NCBI GenBank assembly: GCA_051531975.1
Contig: JAOPTT010000002.1
Span: 249,968-313,967 of the forward strand
Direction of reading: 5' to 3'
DNA length: 64,000 bases
DNA from: Spirochaetaceae bacterium
GTDB taxonomy: Bacteria > Spirochaetota > Spirochaetia > DSM-2461
Shown here: one piece after another, positions 9,351 to 19,331 of the stretch
Layout: every line of letters begins with the position of its first letter
Position numbering within the stretch: position 1 is the first letter of the stretch
Notes under the pieces: generated by a model
Databases searched by the model: none
Seen by the model: the letters and a program-made list of their open reading frames with translations, nothing else
Told to the model about the DNA's origin: nothing
Made by a program: the position numbers and the translations under genes

Positions 9351-11055
9351 TAGTTTCTCCCTTGTACGGTAATAAAACACTTACTTTGGTATAACAATTA
9401 GTTTTACTAGATGTTCTGATTCCAAATTCGTCTCCGTAGTTGAGCTTTATTCTTCTATCTACATTTTTTAAGCCAATATGGGTAAAAGAACCTCTGTTTT
9501 GCTGATGCTGATTATTAGAAATACCTACACCGTTATCAATAATATCTATTAATATATTTTCATTATGTTTTTTAACCCTAATTAATATAATATCTCTAAC
9601 CTTGGAATCGACAAAACCATGAACAATAGAGTTTTCAACAATTGGTTGTAATAACATTTTTAAAATAGTTAAAGATTCTAAATCAATATCTATGTTTGTC
9701 TTTAAATCTATAGGAGTACTAAACCGTACTTTCATAATATGAATATAACTTTTTAATAACTTTATCTCATCTTTTATTGTAGTTTTATTACCGTCGTTCC
9801 TAAAACTATCGTTTACTAACTTCATTAAAGATGCTGTCATATTTTTAATATTATCGTTTTTATTAACAACAGCCATTAACCTAATAGAGTTTAGAGTATT
9901 TCCTATGAAGTGTGGATTTATCTGATACTGTAGAGCTTGTAATTCTAAACGACTTTTTTCTTTTTCATTTTTCTCTTTTCCCTTTGTTAATAGATGTATT
10001 TTTTTTACCATACTATTAAAACTATGAATTAACCTTCGCATTTCAAACTCTTTTGGTTCAGGTGCTTGAGTAGTATAATCCCCGGATTCAACTAACTTCA
10101 TTTTCTCTATTAAACCATTTAAGGGGTTAATTAAACTATTAAAAAACAGTAATGAATAAAGTAAAAAAAGTAGAATCAATCCACTTATAATTATTATAAA
10201 TATTCTCTGTATAGCAAAAAGTGATTTTGTATGTTTATCTAGATTTAATGACTGAGTTAAGGTCCAAGTAGTAGATAAAATTGCAGAATCTAATAATATC
10301 CAATTCTTTTTATCAATAACACTGTTTTTTCTCTTATTATTTAAATCATTAGATAAATTGTGGCCATTAGGATCTAAAATTACATCTCCCAAATTACTAG
10401 TAATATATAAAAACTGGTCTAAAGATGAGTTTTTTGTTATATCCATTAATAAGTTAATAGGGTATGAAAATACTATTTTATCAATAAACTCATAATGTGT
10501 AGTTCCTTTTAAGTCTAATGCAAAAGATAAATGTGGTGTTTTATCTATAATAGTAAATAAATTATCAAATAGTTTTAATCTTCGTGGAGTCTCTTCAAGG
10601 TTATCTAAAAATACTTGATCGATTATTGGTGGTTTACCTACATTGGTAAACAGAGGACTATTTTTATACATAAAAGGTGGTTTCCCATTTATATAAACAG
10701 TAATAAAACCAACTTTATTTGTATATAAAAACAGTCTACTTAATTCTAAGTCTATAAGATTATACAGGTCATATAATTTCTCTTTATCCTTTTCCTTACT
10801 ATATTCGACACAATGTTTAAGAAACTCCTTGTTATGGCTTAAAGCACTACTTAATATACTTAGAGAAATTACTTCGTTACTAATATTTTGTGACATCTGG
10901 TTAACCGTTTCCTGCATCTGTACGTGATACAAATTCTGCTGGGACCTAATATATACAAGATTAATACCTACTACAGTCAATGTAACAGGTATCATTATAC
11001 AGAGAGAAAAGGTAATTAGGTATTTAAACGATAACTTATGAATTTTAAATTTCAT
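9343..11055 (-). CDS. Sensor histidine kinase (YesM/LytS-like)
   Basis: Two TM segments, HAMP, ALQYQINPHF, LQPIVENS, DNGVG, IGLKNV. Confidence 0.92.
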   Translation of the reverse strand: MKFKIHKLSFKYLITFSLCIMIPVTLTVVGINLVYIRSQQNLYHVQMQETVNQMSQNISNEVISLSILSSALSHNKEFLKHCVEYSKEKDKEKLYDLYNLIDLELSRLFLYTNKVGFITVYINGKPPFMYKNSPLFTNVGKPPIIDQVFLDNLEETPRRLKLFDNLFTIIDKTPHLSFALDLKGTTHYEFIDKIVFSYPINLLMDITKNSSLDQFLYITSNLGDVILDPNGHNLSNDLNNKRKNSVIDKKNWILLDSAILSTTWTLTQSLNLDKHTKSLFAIQRIFIIIISGLILLFLLYSLLFFNSLINPLNGLIEKMKLVESGDYTTQAPEPKEFEMRRLIHSFNSMVKKIHLLTKGKEKNEKEKSRLELQALQYQINPHFIGNTLNSIRLMAVVNKNDNIKNMTASLMKLVNDSFRNDGNKTTIKDEIKLLKSYIHIMKVRFSTPIDLKTNIDIDLESLTILKMLLQPIVENSIVHGFVDSKVRDIILIRVKKHNENILIDIIDNGVGISNNQHQQNRGSFTHIGLKNVDRRIKLNYGDEFGIRTSSKTNCYTKVSVLLPYKGETID

Positions 11056-11128
11056 TTGGTAATGTTATTATTAAATCCTTTAATTAGCAAACAATATTAT
11101 TCCTTATTAAAAAGTGTATTAAACAATA

Positions 11129-11695
11129 TTATTTCCCCAATCCCTTTTTTAAAAAGTGTAAAAATTGATCAATGTCGTTAAAATCTGTAAAGATATCGTG
11201 GTATAAATTAAAAAGAGAAGAGATAAGTTTTAATATAAAATCATCCGTATATTCTTTAGAAAATTCCTGGTTTTTAATTGCTCTGAAAATCATATTTTCT
11301 AAGGTTTTTGTACTATCTCCACCTAAATCTACTAGAACCTGTTTATATATAGGTTTATCTTTTTCTTTAATTAACTTCTGGGATAAAGCTTCATATTTAG
11401 GATATTTATTACCAAAGCTAAGACCTAACTTCATTTGATAACTTAGCGTTTCAAAAATATCTAAATTGTCAGATTTTAAACTTTGTTCACTGTTAATAAA
11501 CTGCCATTTTTTATCAAAAGAATCTTTAAGTAAATATATATAAATGTCATATTTATTTTTAAAATGATGATAAAAGGCACCTTTACTCATCCCAGATTTT
11601 TTAATAATTGTATTAAGTGAGGATTCATCATAACTTTTAGATGAAAACTCACTTAGAGCAGATTCAAGTAGTTCATGTTCATATTTAAAACTCAT
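11129..11695 (-). CDS. TetR/AcrR-family regulator
   Basis: N-terminal HTH SLNTIIKKSGMSKGAFYHHFKNK. Confidence 0.9.
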   Translation of the reverse strand: MSFKYEHELLESALSEFSSKSYDESSLNTIIKKSGMSKGAFYHHFKNKYDIYIYLLKDSFDKKWQFINSEQSLKSDNLDIFETLSYQMKLGLSFGNKYPKYEALSQKLIKEKDKPIYKQVLVDLGGDSTKTLENMIFRAIKNQEFSKEYTDDFILKLISSLFNLYHDIFTDFNDIDQFLHFLKKGLGK

Positions 11696-12564
11696 TTAAG
11701 TTCATCTATATAAGATAGTGACAAATTCATAACCTTATCTATGTTTTCTAAATTATGGGTATACTTATTTGAATCAACAACGTTGTTTTTCTCATTGAAA
11801 TATTTACCTGAGATGTTATTAACTTCATCTGAAATCGACAGATATGTATATGTTTTAGCCATTTGAGCCGTTGTTAAAGATTTTTTAGCTTTTTGTTTAT
11901 AAACCCACTTCATAAATGATGATAACTCTGGATGCCTAGATATATCAATTTGTACTGCAGTTACTCTTATTGAATTCACGGTTATATTACTATCTTCTAG
12001 TTTTTTTGCTAACCAATATGTATACATAACCTGAGCTCTTTTAGACTGATAATATGCATTAACTATACTGAATTTCCTGTTTTTAAACTCAGGATCAACT
12101 AAGTCTACTTTTAACATAGGTTTTGCTAATAATCCCTGGGACGATATTGTAATAATCCTGCCCTGTTTACTCTTCTTTAATAGATCCATTAAAAGATGTG
12201 TTAATAAAATTGGACCGATATGATTTATTGCCCATATATTTTCAATGCCTTCCTTTGTCAAAATAGGTTCTTTTTGAGTTATATTAAATACTGCCGCATT
12301 ATGAATTAAAACATCAACTTTATCATATTTTTCATTTATAGATTTAGCAAACGCCCTAACAGAATTTAATTCCCCCATATCAACAATTTTTAGCTCAAGT
12401 GAAAAATCGGCATTTAGTTTCATAATGTCTTTATATGTCTCTTCACCTCTGGTGATATTTCTACAAGCCATAATTACATGGCAATTATTTTCTAATAATT
12501 GGATTACAGATTCTCGTCCAATACCTGCATTTGATCCTGTTACTATACAAATCTTTTTGTCCAT
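11692..12564 (-). CDS. Short-chain dehydrogenase/reductase (retinol dehydrogenase-like)
   Basis: VTGSNAGIG, HNAA, YYQSK; start moved to ATG 12564, which follows AGGAG. Confidence 0.9.
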   Translation of the reverse strand: MDKKICIVTGSNAGIGRESVIQLLENNCHVIMACRNITRGEETYKDIMKLNADFSLELKIVDMGELNSVRAFAKSINEKYDKVDVLIHNAAVFNITQKEPILTKEGIENIWAINHIGPILLTHLLMDLLKKSKQGRIITISSQGLLAKPMLKVDLVDPEFKNRKFSIVNAYYQSKRAQVMYTYWLAKKLEDSNITVNSIRVTAVQIDISRHPELSSFMKWVYKQKAKKSLTTAQMAKTYTYLSISDEVNNISGKYFNEKNNVVDSNKYTHNLENIDKVMNLSLSYIDELK

Positions 12565-12573
12565 ACACACTCC

Positions 12574-12623
12574 TAGACCACATGGTCTAATCAAAGATTA
12601 CAGCCACATGTCTATAATGTCAA
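12574..12623 (-). promoter_or_regulatory. Sigma70 promoter and palindromic TetR-type operator of the SDR-tetR operon
   Basis: TTGACA(12623-18)-17 nt-TAATCT(12600-595); palindrome TAGACCA-TG-TGGTCTA at 12574-12589. Confidence 0.7.
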
Positions 12624-12650
12624 GTCACCGATATACAAGAAACTATTATT

Positions 12651-14000
12651 TTATAGAGTTTCTTTATTTGTAGTAATATCTTGTTTACCAAAGCTATACC
12701 AATCGATTTTTCTTGTTACAACCATAATTCCTCCAACAATAGTAAATAGACCAAGACTTCCCATTAAAAGGGCATAATCTTCAGAGTTGATCATGAAAAA
12801 CATAAAGACATATGTAACTAACATTATTGGAAATAGTAGCAGACCTTGTTTAATACTTTTTAAAAAATAGCAGGCATAATATGTAATTAGGGCACTGACC
12901 ATTGTCACTCCAACAATATATGACCAATAAAAACTAAAATGTTCCCCAAATGATAACAGTAGTAAAAAAAACAGAATTGAAGTTATACCAACAAATAGAT
13001 AGTGGAAGACATGAACTCTTTTTTTACTAAATATCTCCATCAAAAAGAATGTAATAAAAGGTATAATTAAAAACAGACCACCATATTTAACACACCTTTC
13101 TGCCATTAAATATAGATCCACAGGGAATAATAATTTAAGCCCAAAAGATGAGGATTTAAAGTTACTACTTTTCATATCTGCTTCATTCATCTCTTTAGAA
13201 AAATCTCTAGAGAATGAATTTACATACCAGTTTGCATTAAAACCTTGGTTTTCTACGATATTATGCTCTGTAGGTAAGTTAGAACCGTAAAAAGAAGGTG
13301 AATCCCACTTTGATTTGATATTTACATTAGTTTCAGATCCTAAGGGTATAAACCCTAAACTCTTGCCACCTTGAATAGAAGTTAATAATCTAAAAGATAA
13401 ACTTTCTGTTCTTTGACCTATTTTAATTGGAGTTGATAGACCTCCAGAATATACAATATTACTGTACGATCCTTTTTCCAAATTATACTCCATATTATCA
13501 ATATAAAGTTTAGGTCTACTTGTATAACCTTTTATATTTGAAACCTCATAAACAACAAATGCTTTATCCCAGAATATTGAATCGATAGTATCTGAAATGT
13601 TAGTAAAATCTGGTTTTGAAAAAGTTCCAGCCATCTCTATATTTGAGTTATAAACAAGAAATTCATAAATACCTCTCTTTTTGATAACAGGGTTGATATC
13701 ACCAGTAATATTAAGTTCATTAGGTAAAAAATATGCATTTCTCTGCAAATATCGTACCTTCTTATCAACATCTACAATCTTTACATTATACGGAATTATC
13801 AATACTGGGCTTGATAAAACCATCCCGCCACCATAACTTTGTATTAGTTCATTTTCTGCAACTTTCCTTGTACTGTTTCTCTGCTTAATAACAGATTCAA
13901 TCATTCCCAATGGAATTAATAATAACGATGTTATTAAAATCATTGTTAAACCCTTTAATACAATTGGGTCTTTTACTAATCCTTTTTTTTCTTTAATCAT
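12651..14000 (-). CDS. creD: Inner membrane protein CreD
   Basis: KRGIYEFLVY, W.SPSF.G..LP, GFNANW, ERCVKYG.LF, SEDYALLMGS, TRKIDWY. Confidence 0.92.
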   Translation of the reverse strand: MIKEKKGLVKDPIVLKGLTMILITSLLLIPLGMIESVIKQRNSTRKVAENELIQSYGGGMVLSSPVLIIPYNVKIVDVDKKVRYLQRNAYFLPNELNITGDINPVIKKRGIYEFLVYNSNIEMAGTFSKPDFTNISDTIDSIFWDKAFVVYEVSNIKGYTSRPKLYIDNMEYNLEKGSYSNIVYSGGLSTPIKIGQRTESLSFRLLTSIQGGKSLGFIPLGSETNVNIKSKWDSPSFYGSNLPTEHNIVENQGFNANWYVNSFSRDFSKEMNEADMKSSNFKSSSFGLKLLFPVDLYLMAERCVKYGGLFLIIPFITFFLMEIFSKKRVHVFHYLFVGITSILFFLLLLSFGEHFSFYWSYIVGVTMVSALITYYACYFLKSIKQGLLLFPIMLVTYVFMFFMINSEDYALLMGSLGLFTIVGGIMVVTRKIDWYSFGKQDITTNKETL

Positions 14001-14093
14001 TTTATCTCTCCTAATATTTTATATTTGTATTGTAGGTATCAAAAAAGATTAAAAGATGTTCAAAATGTGGCAAAACTGTGTCATATTATTTAT

Positions 14094-14789
14094 ATGGAAT
14101 TGCATAAACTAAATATTGTCATTGTTGAAGATGAAGAAAACCTACGTCACAGTCTTGAATATACCTTTAATAAAGAGGGGTATAATGTCGCAGTATTTCC
14201 TAACGGAAAAGTTGCATTAGAAAATATAAAGGAAAAAATCCCGGATCTAATTATTTCAGATATAATGATGCCCTTACTTGATGGTTTAGAGCTGTGTAAA
14301 GAGGTTAGAAAGTTCAATCAGCAAATTCCTTTTATTTTTTTAACATCTAGAGATGATGAATTTGATCGTATTTTAGGTCTTGAAATTGGTGCAGATGATT
14401 ATCTATGTAAACCCTTCTCTTTAAGGGAACTAACAACAAGGGTCAAAGTTCTTTTTAGAAGAGTTAATAGAAATAAAGTAGATGATTCTAAAAATATTAA
14501 ATCAGGAAATTTGTCCCTAAACCCTAATTCATATACCGGGGATTTAGATGGTAAAAATATAACATTAACAGTTTCTGAATTTCGTCTATTAGAGTCTTTA
14601 ATGGAAACCCCTGGTAATGTAAAAACCAGAGAGCAATTGATTAAAGCAGCCTACCCCCACGATAGTTATATCTCAGATAGAAATATCGATTGTCATATAA
14701 AAAGAGTAAGAAAGAAGATTACATTATTAGACCCAGAGTTTAATAGAATTAAAACAGTTTATGGATTAGGATATAAGTTAGAACTATGA
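14094..14789 (+). CDS. OmpR-family response regulator (ChvI-like)
   Basis: VEDE, DIMMP, GADDYLCKPF, DRNIDCHIKRVRKK, TVYGLGY; ATG 14094 preferred over TTG 14025. Confidence 0.92.
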   Translation: MELHKLNIVIVEDEENLRHSLEYTFNKEGYNVAVFPNGKVALENIKEKIPDLIISDIMMPLLDGLELCKEVRKFNQQIPFIFLTSRDDEFDRILGLEIGADDYLCKPFSLRELTTRVKVLFRRVNRNKVDDSKNIKSGNLSLNPNSYTGDLDGKNITLTVSEFRLLESLMETPGNVKTREQLIKAAYPHDSYISDRNIDCHIKRVRKKITLLDPEFNRIKTVYGLGYKLEL

Positions 14790-16354
14790 TATTAAAAAAA
14801 GTTATTAAACTATTATCAAAAATCACTGTTAGGTTACTACTTTTTAATATACTACTTATCTTTATTCCAATTGCTTTTTTCTTCTACTTAGATATTTACG
14901 AAAACAAACTTTTAACTGCCCAAGAAAACTCAATGGTTATGCAGGGAAGAATAATATCCAGTTCTTTAGAAAATAGAGAAAACTTACAATTAGAATCTAA
15001 AAACTTAATAGATAATTTAAATAAAAATGTTACTTCAAGAATAAGAATAATATCAAAAGATGGAGTCTTATTAGCAGATTCTAGTAAACAAGATTTTATA
15101 TTAGAACCAATTGCAGATAGAGAATATAAAATCGAGGAACTATCTGTAGATGAGAATATACTTTATAAGTTAGTTCGTTTCCCTCTAGATTTTGTTAGAT
15201 ATGTATTAAGAGGCCCAAAAGAGGGTACGAGTTCAACAGAGTATTATTCAGATAATAGTTACTTAGATGGTTATGAAGTTAAACAATCTTTATTGGGAAA
15301 GTACGGTGCAAATACTAGAATATCATCAGGAGGGGAGAGGTCTGTTACACTTTATATATCCCTACCTATCTATAATAACAGCGATATTGTTAGTGTTGTA
15401 CTATTATCAAAATCTACATATGGCATTCTACAGGACTTGTATCAGATCCGTTTAGAAATATTAAAAATATTTTTAGTATCATTCTTTTTAGCAATATTAA
15501 TAAGCCTAATTTTATCTAAAACTATTGCAGGACCAATTAAAAACTTACGAAACCAAGCTAAGGAGATTGTAGATAAGAGAGGAAGATTAATAACTCACTT
15601 TAAAAAAAGTAGACGATTAGATGAAATTGGAGATCTAAATATATCTCTGCAAGAGTTAACATATAAACTTCAAAATTATACAGAAAAAACAGAGTCTTTT
15701 GCTTCTGACTTATCCCATGAGTTTAAAAATCCACTTTCTTCAATAAAAACTGCAACAGAGATTATTAAAAACAACTCAGGGAGTTCAGAAAACAGTAAAT
15801 TCCTAGATATAATTGAGAGTGAAATTTCCAGGTTAAATAGATTAATAACAGATGTTAGGGAGATATCTATAATTGATAGCCAAATAGATCCTTCCGATGG
15901 AGTAATTATACATCCAATAACAGTTATTAAATCTATTGTTGCAAATTTTGAGTTAAAAACAAAAAACCGAGGTCTGATTTTTGATATTATTAACAACACA
16001 GATAAAGCTATATTAGTATCACCAATTAGGTTCTCTAGGGTAATTGAAAATATAGTATCTAATGCTATTAGTTTTTCTCCAGATAATTCCACTATAACTG
16101 TAGAAATAACAGCTAATAAAAAATATATAAATATTGTTATAAAAGACCAAGGACCAGGTATTCCTACAGAAAATATAAACAAAATATTTAATAGGTTTTT
16201 TACTTACAGAGAGAGTAATAAAAATCGAAACTCAGGGTTGGGACTATCTATAAGTCTGGCCATAATTAAGGTTTATGGTGGGAATATCAAGGCTTTTAAT
16301 AATATAGATATTGGTGCCAATTTTCAGATTGAACTTCCACAATTTAAGCCTTAA
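14786..16354 (+). CDS. Sensor histidine kinase (ChvG-like), HAMP-HisKA-HATPase
   Basis: RLLLFN, DEIGDL, DLSHEFKNPL, NAISFSP, DQGPGI, SGLGLSIS; ATGA overlap with the regulator. Confidence 0.92.
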   Translation: MILKKVIKLLSKITVRLLLFNILLIFIPIAFFFYLDIYENKLLTAQENSMVMQGRIISSSLENRENLQLESKNLIDNLNKNVTSRIRIISKDGVLLADSSKQDFILEPIADREYKIEELSVDENILYKLVRFPLDFVRYVLRGPKEGTSSTEYYSDNSYLDGYEVKQSLLGKYGANTRISSGGERSVTLYISLPIYNNSDIVSVVLLSKSTYGILQDLYQIRLEILKIFLVSFFLAILISLILSKTIAGPIKNLRNQAKEIVDKRGRLITHFKKSRRLDEIGDLNISLQELTYKLQNYTEKTESFASDLSHEFKNPLSSIKTATEIIKNNSGSSENSKFLDIIESEISRLNRLITDVREISIIDSQIDPSDGVIIHPITVIKSIVANFELKTKNRGLIFDIINNTDKAILVSPIRFSRVIENIVSNAISFSPDNSTITVEITANKKYINIVIKDQGPGIPTENINKIFNRFFTYRESNKNRNSGLGLSISLAIIKVYGGNIKAFNNIDIGANFQIELPQFKP

Positions 16355-16463
16355 TTAAGATTTACGATTTAACAGATTGCTTATAGCCTTCTGTTAGAGT
16401 AATATCCACCTATGAAGAAAACCTTTATAATGGCACACCCTAAAAAAGCTAAGGATAGACTGT

Positions 16464-17621
16464 TTGAGCAAGTTAACTAAAATATTAAGACCATCATACA
16501 TTAAAGGTTTTAAATGCATAGGTGGTACCTGTGAAGATAGTTGCTGTATTGGTTGGAATATAGATATTGATAAACTAACTTTTCGTAAATACTTTCGAAC
16601 AGATAATGTCTTAATGAAACAAAAATTTAAAAAACATGTATATAAAAATGAAGAATGTGATTTTGAAGAGATAGACTATGGTCGAATGAAAATCCCAGAT
16701 AGTAAGTGGTGTCCATTTTTAGATGAAGATAAGTTATGTGAGATTTATTCTAATCTGGGAGAAGATCATTTATCAAATGTTTGCCACAGTTATCCAAGGA
16801 TTTACAATGTTCTAGATGGAGTTTATGAGATATCTCTTTATATGTCATGCCCAGAAGCTGTGAGAATGTTACTTCAAAATAAAAATCCAATGAAATTTAT
16901 AGAAGAAGAGATAAAATTAGATAAACATATAGTCCACAGTTATGTTAATACCTTGGACAAACAGTGGAAAGGAACACCTATTAAAGAACTTAAAAAATTA
17001 CGTTCTATGTCAATAAAGATGATACAAAATAGGAGTTTACCCTTAGATGAGAGGTTATCTAAACTTGGTAAAAAATTAAAAAGTAAAAATATAACCGAAC
17101 CTCTAAAAGTAGAAAACAGTTTCACATTCCAACTTAGCTTTTTTAAAGAAGCCATGAATACCCTAAATGTATTTACAGAAATAGATAGCCCTGTTTTTAA
17201 AGTGTATACTAACAATATTATAAAGGGATTCAATATTAATAGTTCACAAGGTTGGGAATCAACATCAACTTACCAAGATGTTATGAACAGAGTTGTAAAA
17301 CCATTTATATTAAAAAATGAATACATGTTTGAACACTATTTAGTAAATTCAATATTCCAAGGAAATTTCCCATTTAATATAAACCAAGATCAGTTTGATG
17401 GATACCTAATGTTAGTTGTTCGTTATACATTTATCAGGTTTTATCTAGCAGGAATAGCTATAATAAATGGCGAAATAACAAAAGAAGATGTTGTTTCCAT
17501 GATTCAAGTTCACACTAAAACAATTAATCACCACGAGACCTTCATATCCCAGACATTAGACAATATAAAAGAGAGAGAGTTTGATAATATAGATTTTACA
17601 GAAATAATATTAAGGGTATAA
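16464..17621 (+). CDS. fliB: Flagellin lysine-N-methylase FliB family
   Basis: FKCIGGTCEDSCCIGWNIDID, CPFL..DKLC.I, C.SYPR, SCPEA; TTG start after AAGGA. Confidence 0.85.
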   Translation: MSKLTKILRPSYIKGFKCIGGTCEDSCCIGWNIDIDKLTFRKYFRTDNVLMKQKFKKHVYKNEECDFEEIDYGRMKIPDSKWCPFLDEDKLCEIYSNLGEDHLSNVCHSYPRIYNVLDGVYEISLYMSCPEAVRMLLQNKNPMKFIEEEIKLDKHIVHSYVNTLDKQWKGTPIKELKKLRSMSIKMIQNRSLPLDERLSKLGKKLKSKNITEPLKVENSFTFQLSFFKEAMNTLNVFTEIDSPVFKVYTNNIIKGFNINSSQGWESTSTYQDVMNRVVKPFILKNEYMFEHYLVNSIFQGNFPFNINQDQFDGYLMLVVRYTFIRFYLAGIAIINGEITKEDVVSMIQVHTKTINHHETFISQTLDNIKEREFDNIDFTEIILRV

Positions 17622-18251
17622 GTTTTTATATAGATCTAAATATTCTTTAAACAGAGGATTTGTAGAACTTTTTTTAGTATAATGTTTAATTGATTTATCT
17701 ATATACTCTAAATGTTTATTGTCATTTTTATTAAACATTGTTTTACCTATAAGATCGATTTCATCTCCCCTATCAAGTGATATCCTCATTATTTCATGTG
17801 CCCATTTTCCCTCAAAACACAAAAGCTCTTTTTGTATTTTAAATCCGGCTAATTTTAAAAAACTACGTAGCTCCGGTGTTCTGTTTTGTACAGATAAAAT
17901 AATATCATGGCCTAATAAATTGTTATTTTTTAATAGACCAGTAATTATATCTTTAGCAGTTTCACTACCTACTCCACAGATACAGACAAGAGCTCTATTT
18001 CCTGTCAATTTTATTTCTTCTGCATTTAATAATTGTACAGTAAATCTAGAGGAATCGATGGAATTTATCTTATCGAGCTTAGTTTTTAGATTAGACATAA
18101 TACTTGGGATACAATCCACAAAATGAACTATTTTTACTCTACTATTTTGTAATAGATATATTCCTAACTTACCATGATCGCAACATGTATCCCATATTTC
18201 ATCATATTCTGTCTCTATGAATCCTGTAATATATTTTAATCGTGTTTTCAT
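17610..18251 (-). CDS. TrmK-like tRNA m1A22 SAM-dependent methyltransferase
   Basis: IWDTCCDHG.LG, ICGVG, LR.FL...GF. Confidence 0.75.
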   Translation of the reverse strand: MKTRLKYITGFIETEYDEIWDTCCDHGKLGIYLLQNSRVKIVHFVDCIPSIMSNLKTKLDKINSIDSSRFTVQLLNAEEIKLTGNRALVCICGVGSETAKDIITGLLKNNNLLGHDIILSVQNRTPELRSFLKLAGFKIQKELLCFEGKWAHEIMRISLDRGDEIDLIGKTMFNKNDNKHLEYIDKSIKHYTKKSSTNPLFKEYLDLYKNLYP

Positions 18252-18255
18252 TTTA

Positions 18256-19146
18256 TTAACTTTTAACCCTACCCATAATAATAGTTCTTCCAGCAGAAAA
18301 TTTTATCTCTTTAGTAACGATAATACTGTCTGGTAATTTTTTTAATATCTGATCAGGGAATATTACACAGAAACTTTTAATATATGGTATCCAAGCTTCA
18401 AACAGTCTTAATGAGAGGTCTACAACTGTTGTATCCCATGATCTATCAGCTGGGAAATCGCTAACTAAACAACAATCCTTTATCCATGGATCAAAAGCAT
18501 CTTTTTTCTGTATTTTAATATCTAAATTAAGGTTATCCCTATTTATTCGAGCTTTTCTTAACATGTTATAGTTATTATCTGCCATGTATGTTTTTTTATT
18601 TCTTAACATTGCTGCCAAAGGAATTAGTCCAGTACCACAACATGGATCAACAATTGTCTGATCACCAACAATATTAACCATTGCTAATGCCGCCTGGGAA
18701 GTAAGAGATACTGAAGTACGTTGGGTAATCAAACTCATCTGATCTAAGATACTATTCTTCTTTTCTGTAAGGAACCCTGCAATCCATACTTTTTCATCTG
18801 GAGTGAATACTAAAATAATAGAAGCTGGATTTGAAGCTCGAACTACTCCACCATGGATCTCTTCTGCAAGGGCAGCATATGTTAAAGAGCCCCGGCGTCT
18901 TTTTCTTGAAACCTTTTCCATCCTGTAAGGAGATGGTATATCCTGGTCGAAGTTTTTTATAGCGTCCTCTGCACTTTCACCTCTAGAGACCTCTTTTACA
19001 CTAAAAGAAGCGTATGCACTCCCAGATAGATCAAAAGTATCTCCAGAAAAATACCTATTAGAGTTTTGTTTTAAACCTGCTGATAACATCTCTGCTAATG
19101 ATAATTCTTCAAATCCATGTGGTGCAGTTCTATATACCCAGATCAT
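18256..19146 (-). CDS. Putative RNA methyltransferase (Trm11/UPF0020-like)
   Basis: SAM-binding motif IVDPCCGTG. Confidence 0.65.
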   Translation of the reverse strand: MIWVYRTAPHGFEELSLAEMLSAGLKQNSNRYFSGDTFDLSGSAYASFSVKEVSRGESAEDAIKNFDQDIPSPYRMEKVSRKRRRGSLTYAALAEEIHGGVVRASNPASIILVFTPDEKVWIAGFLTEKKNSILDQMSLITQRTSVSLTSQAALAMVNIVGDQTIVDPCCGTGLIPLAAMLRNKKTYMADNNYNMLRKARINRDNLNLDIKIQKKDAFDPWIKDCCLVSDFPADRSWDTTVVDLSLRLFEAWIPYIKSFCVIFPDQILKKLPDSIIVTKEIKFSAGRTIIMGRVKS

Positions 19147-19331
19147 TTATATGGTACTCCTCTAGTGTTTTATTAGGTGTTAAAAAATTATGTTATTTTA
19201 CATACAATTTAATATTAATGATATGTTTCAATATTTAATAATTTTAGTCATATATCACTATTTATTGCGAATCCCATAAACATGACTTAAGTTTAATATA
19301 TAGTTTTAAAAAAATCGAATTAGAGGTTATA

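Noticed and set aside
12627..12634. ACCGATAT resembling a sigma28 -10 box
   Set aside because: No TAAA at the proper spacing and no sense-strand gene downstream
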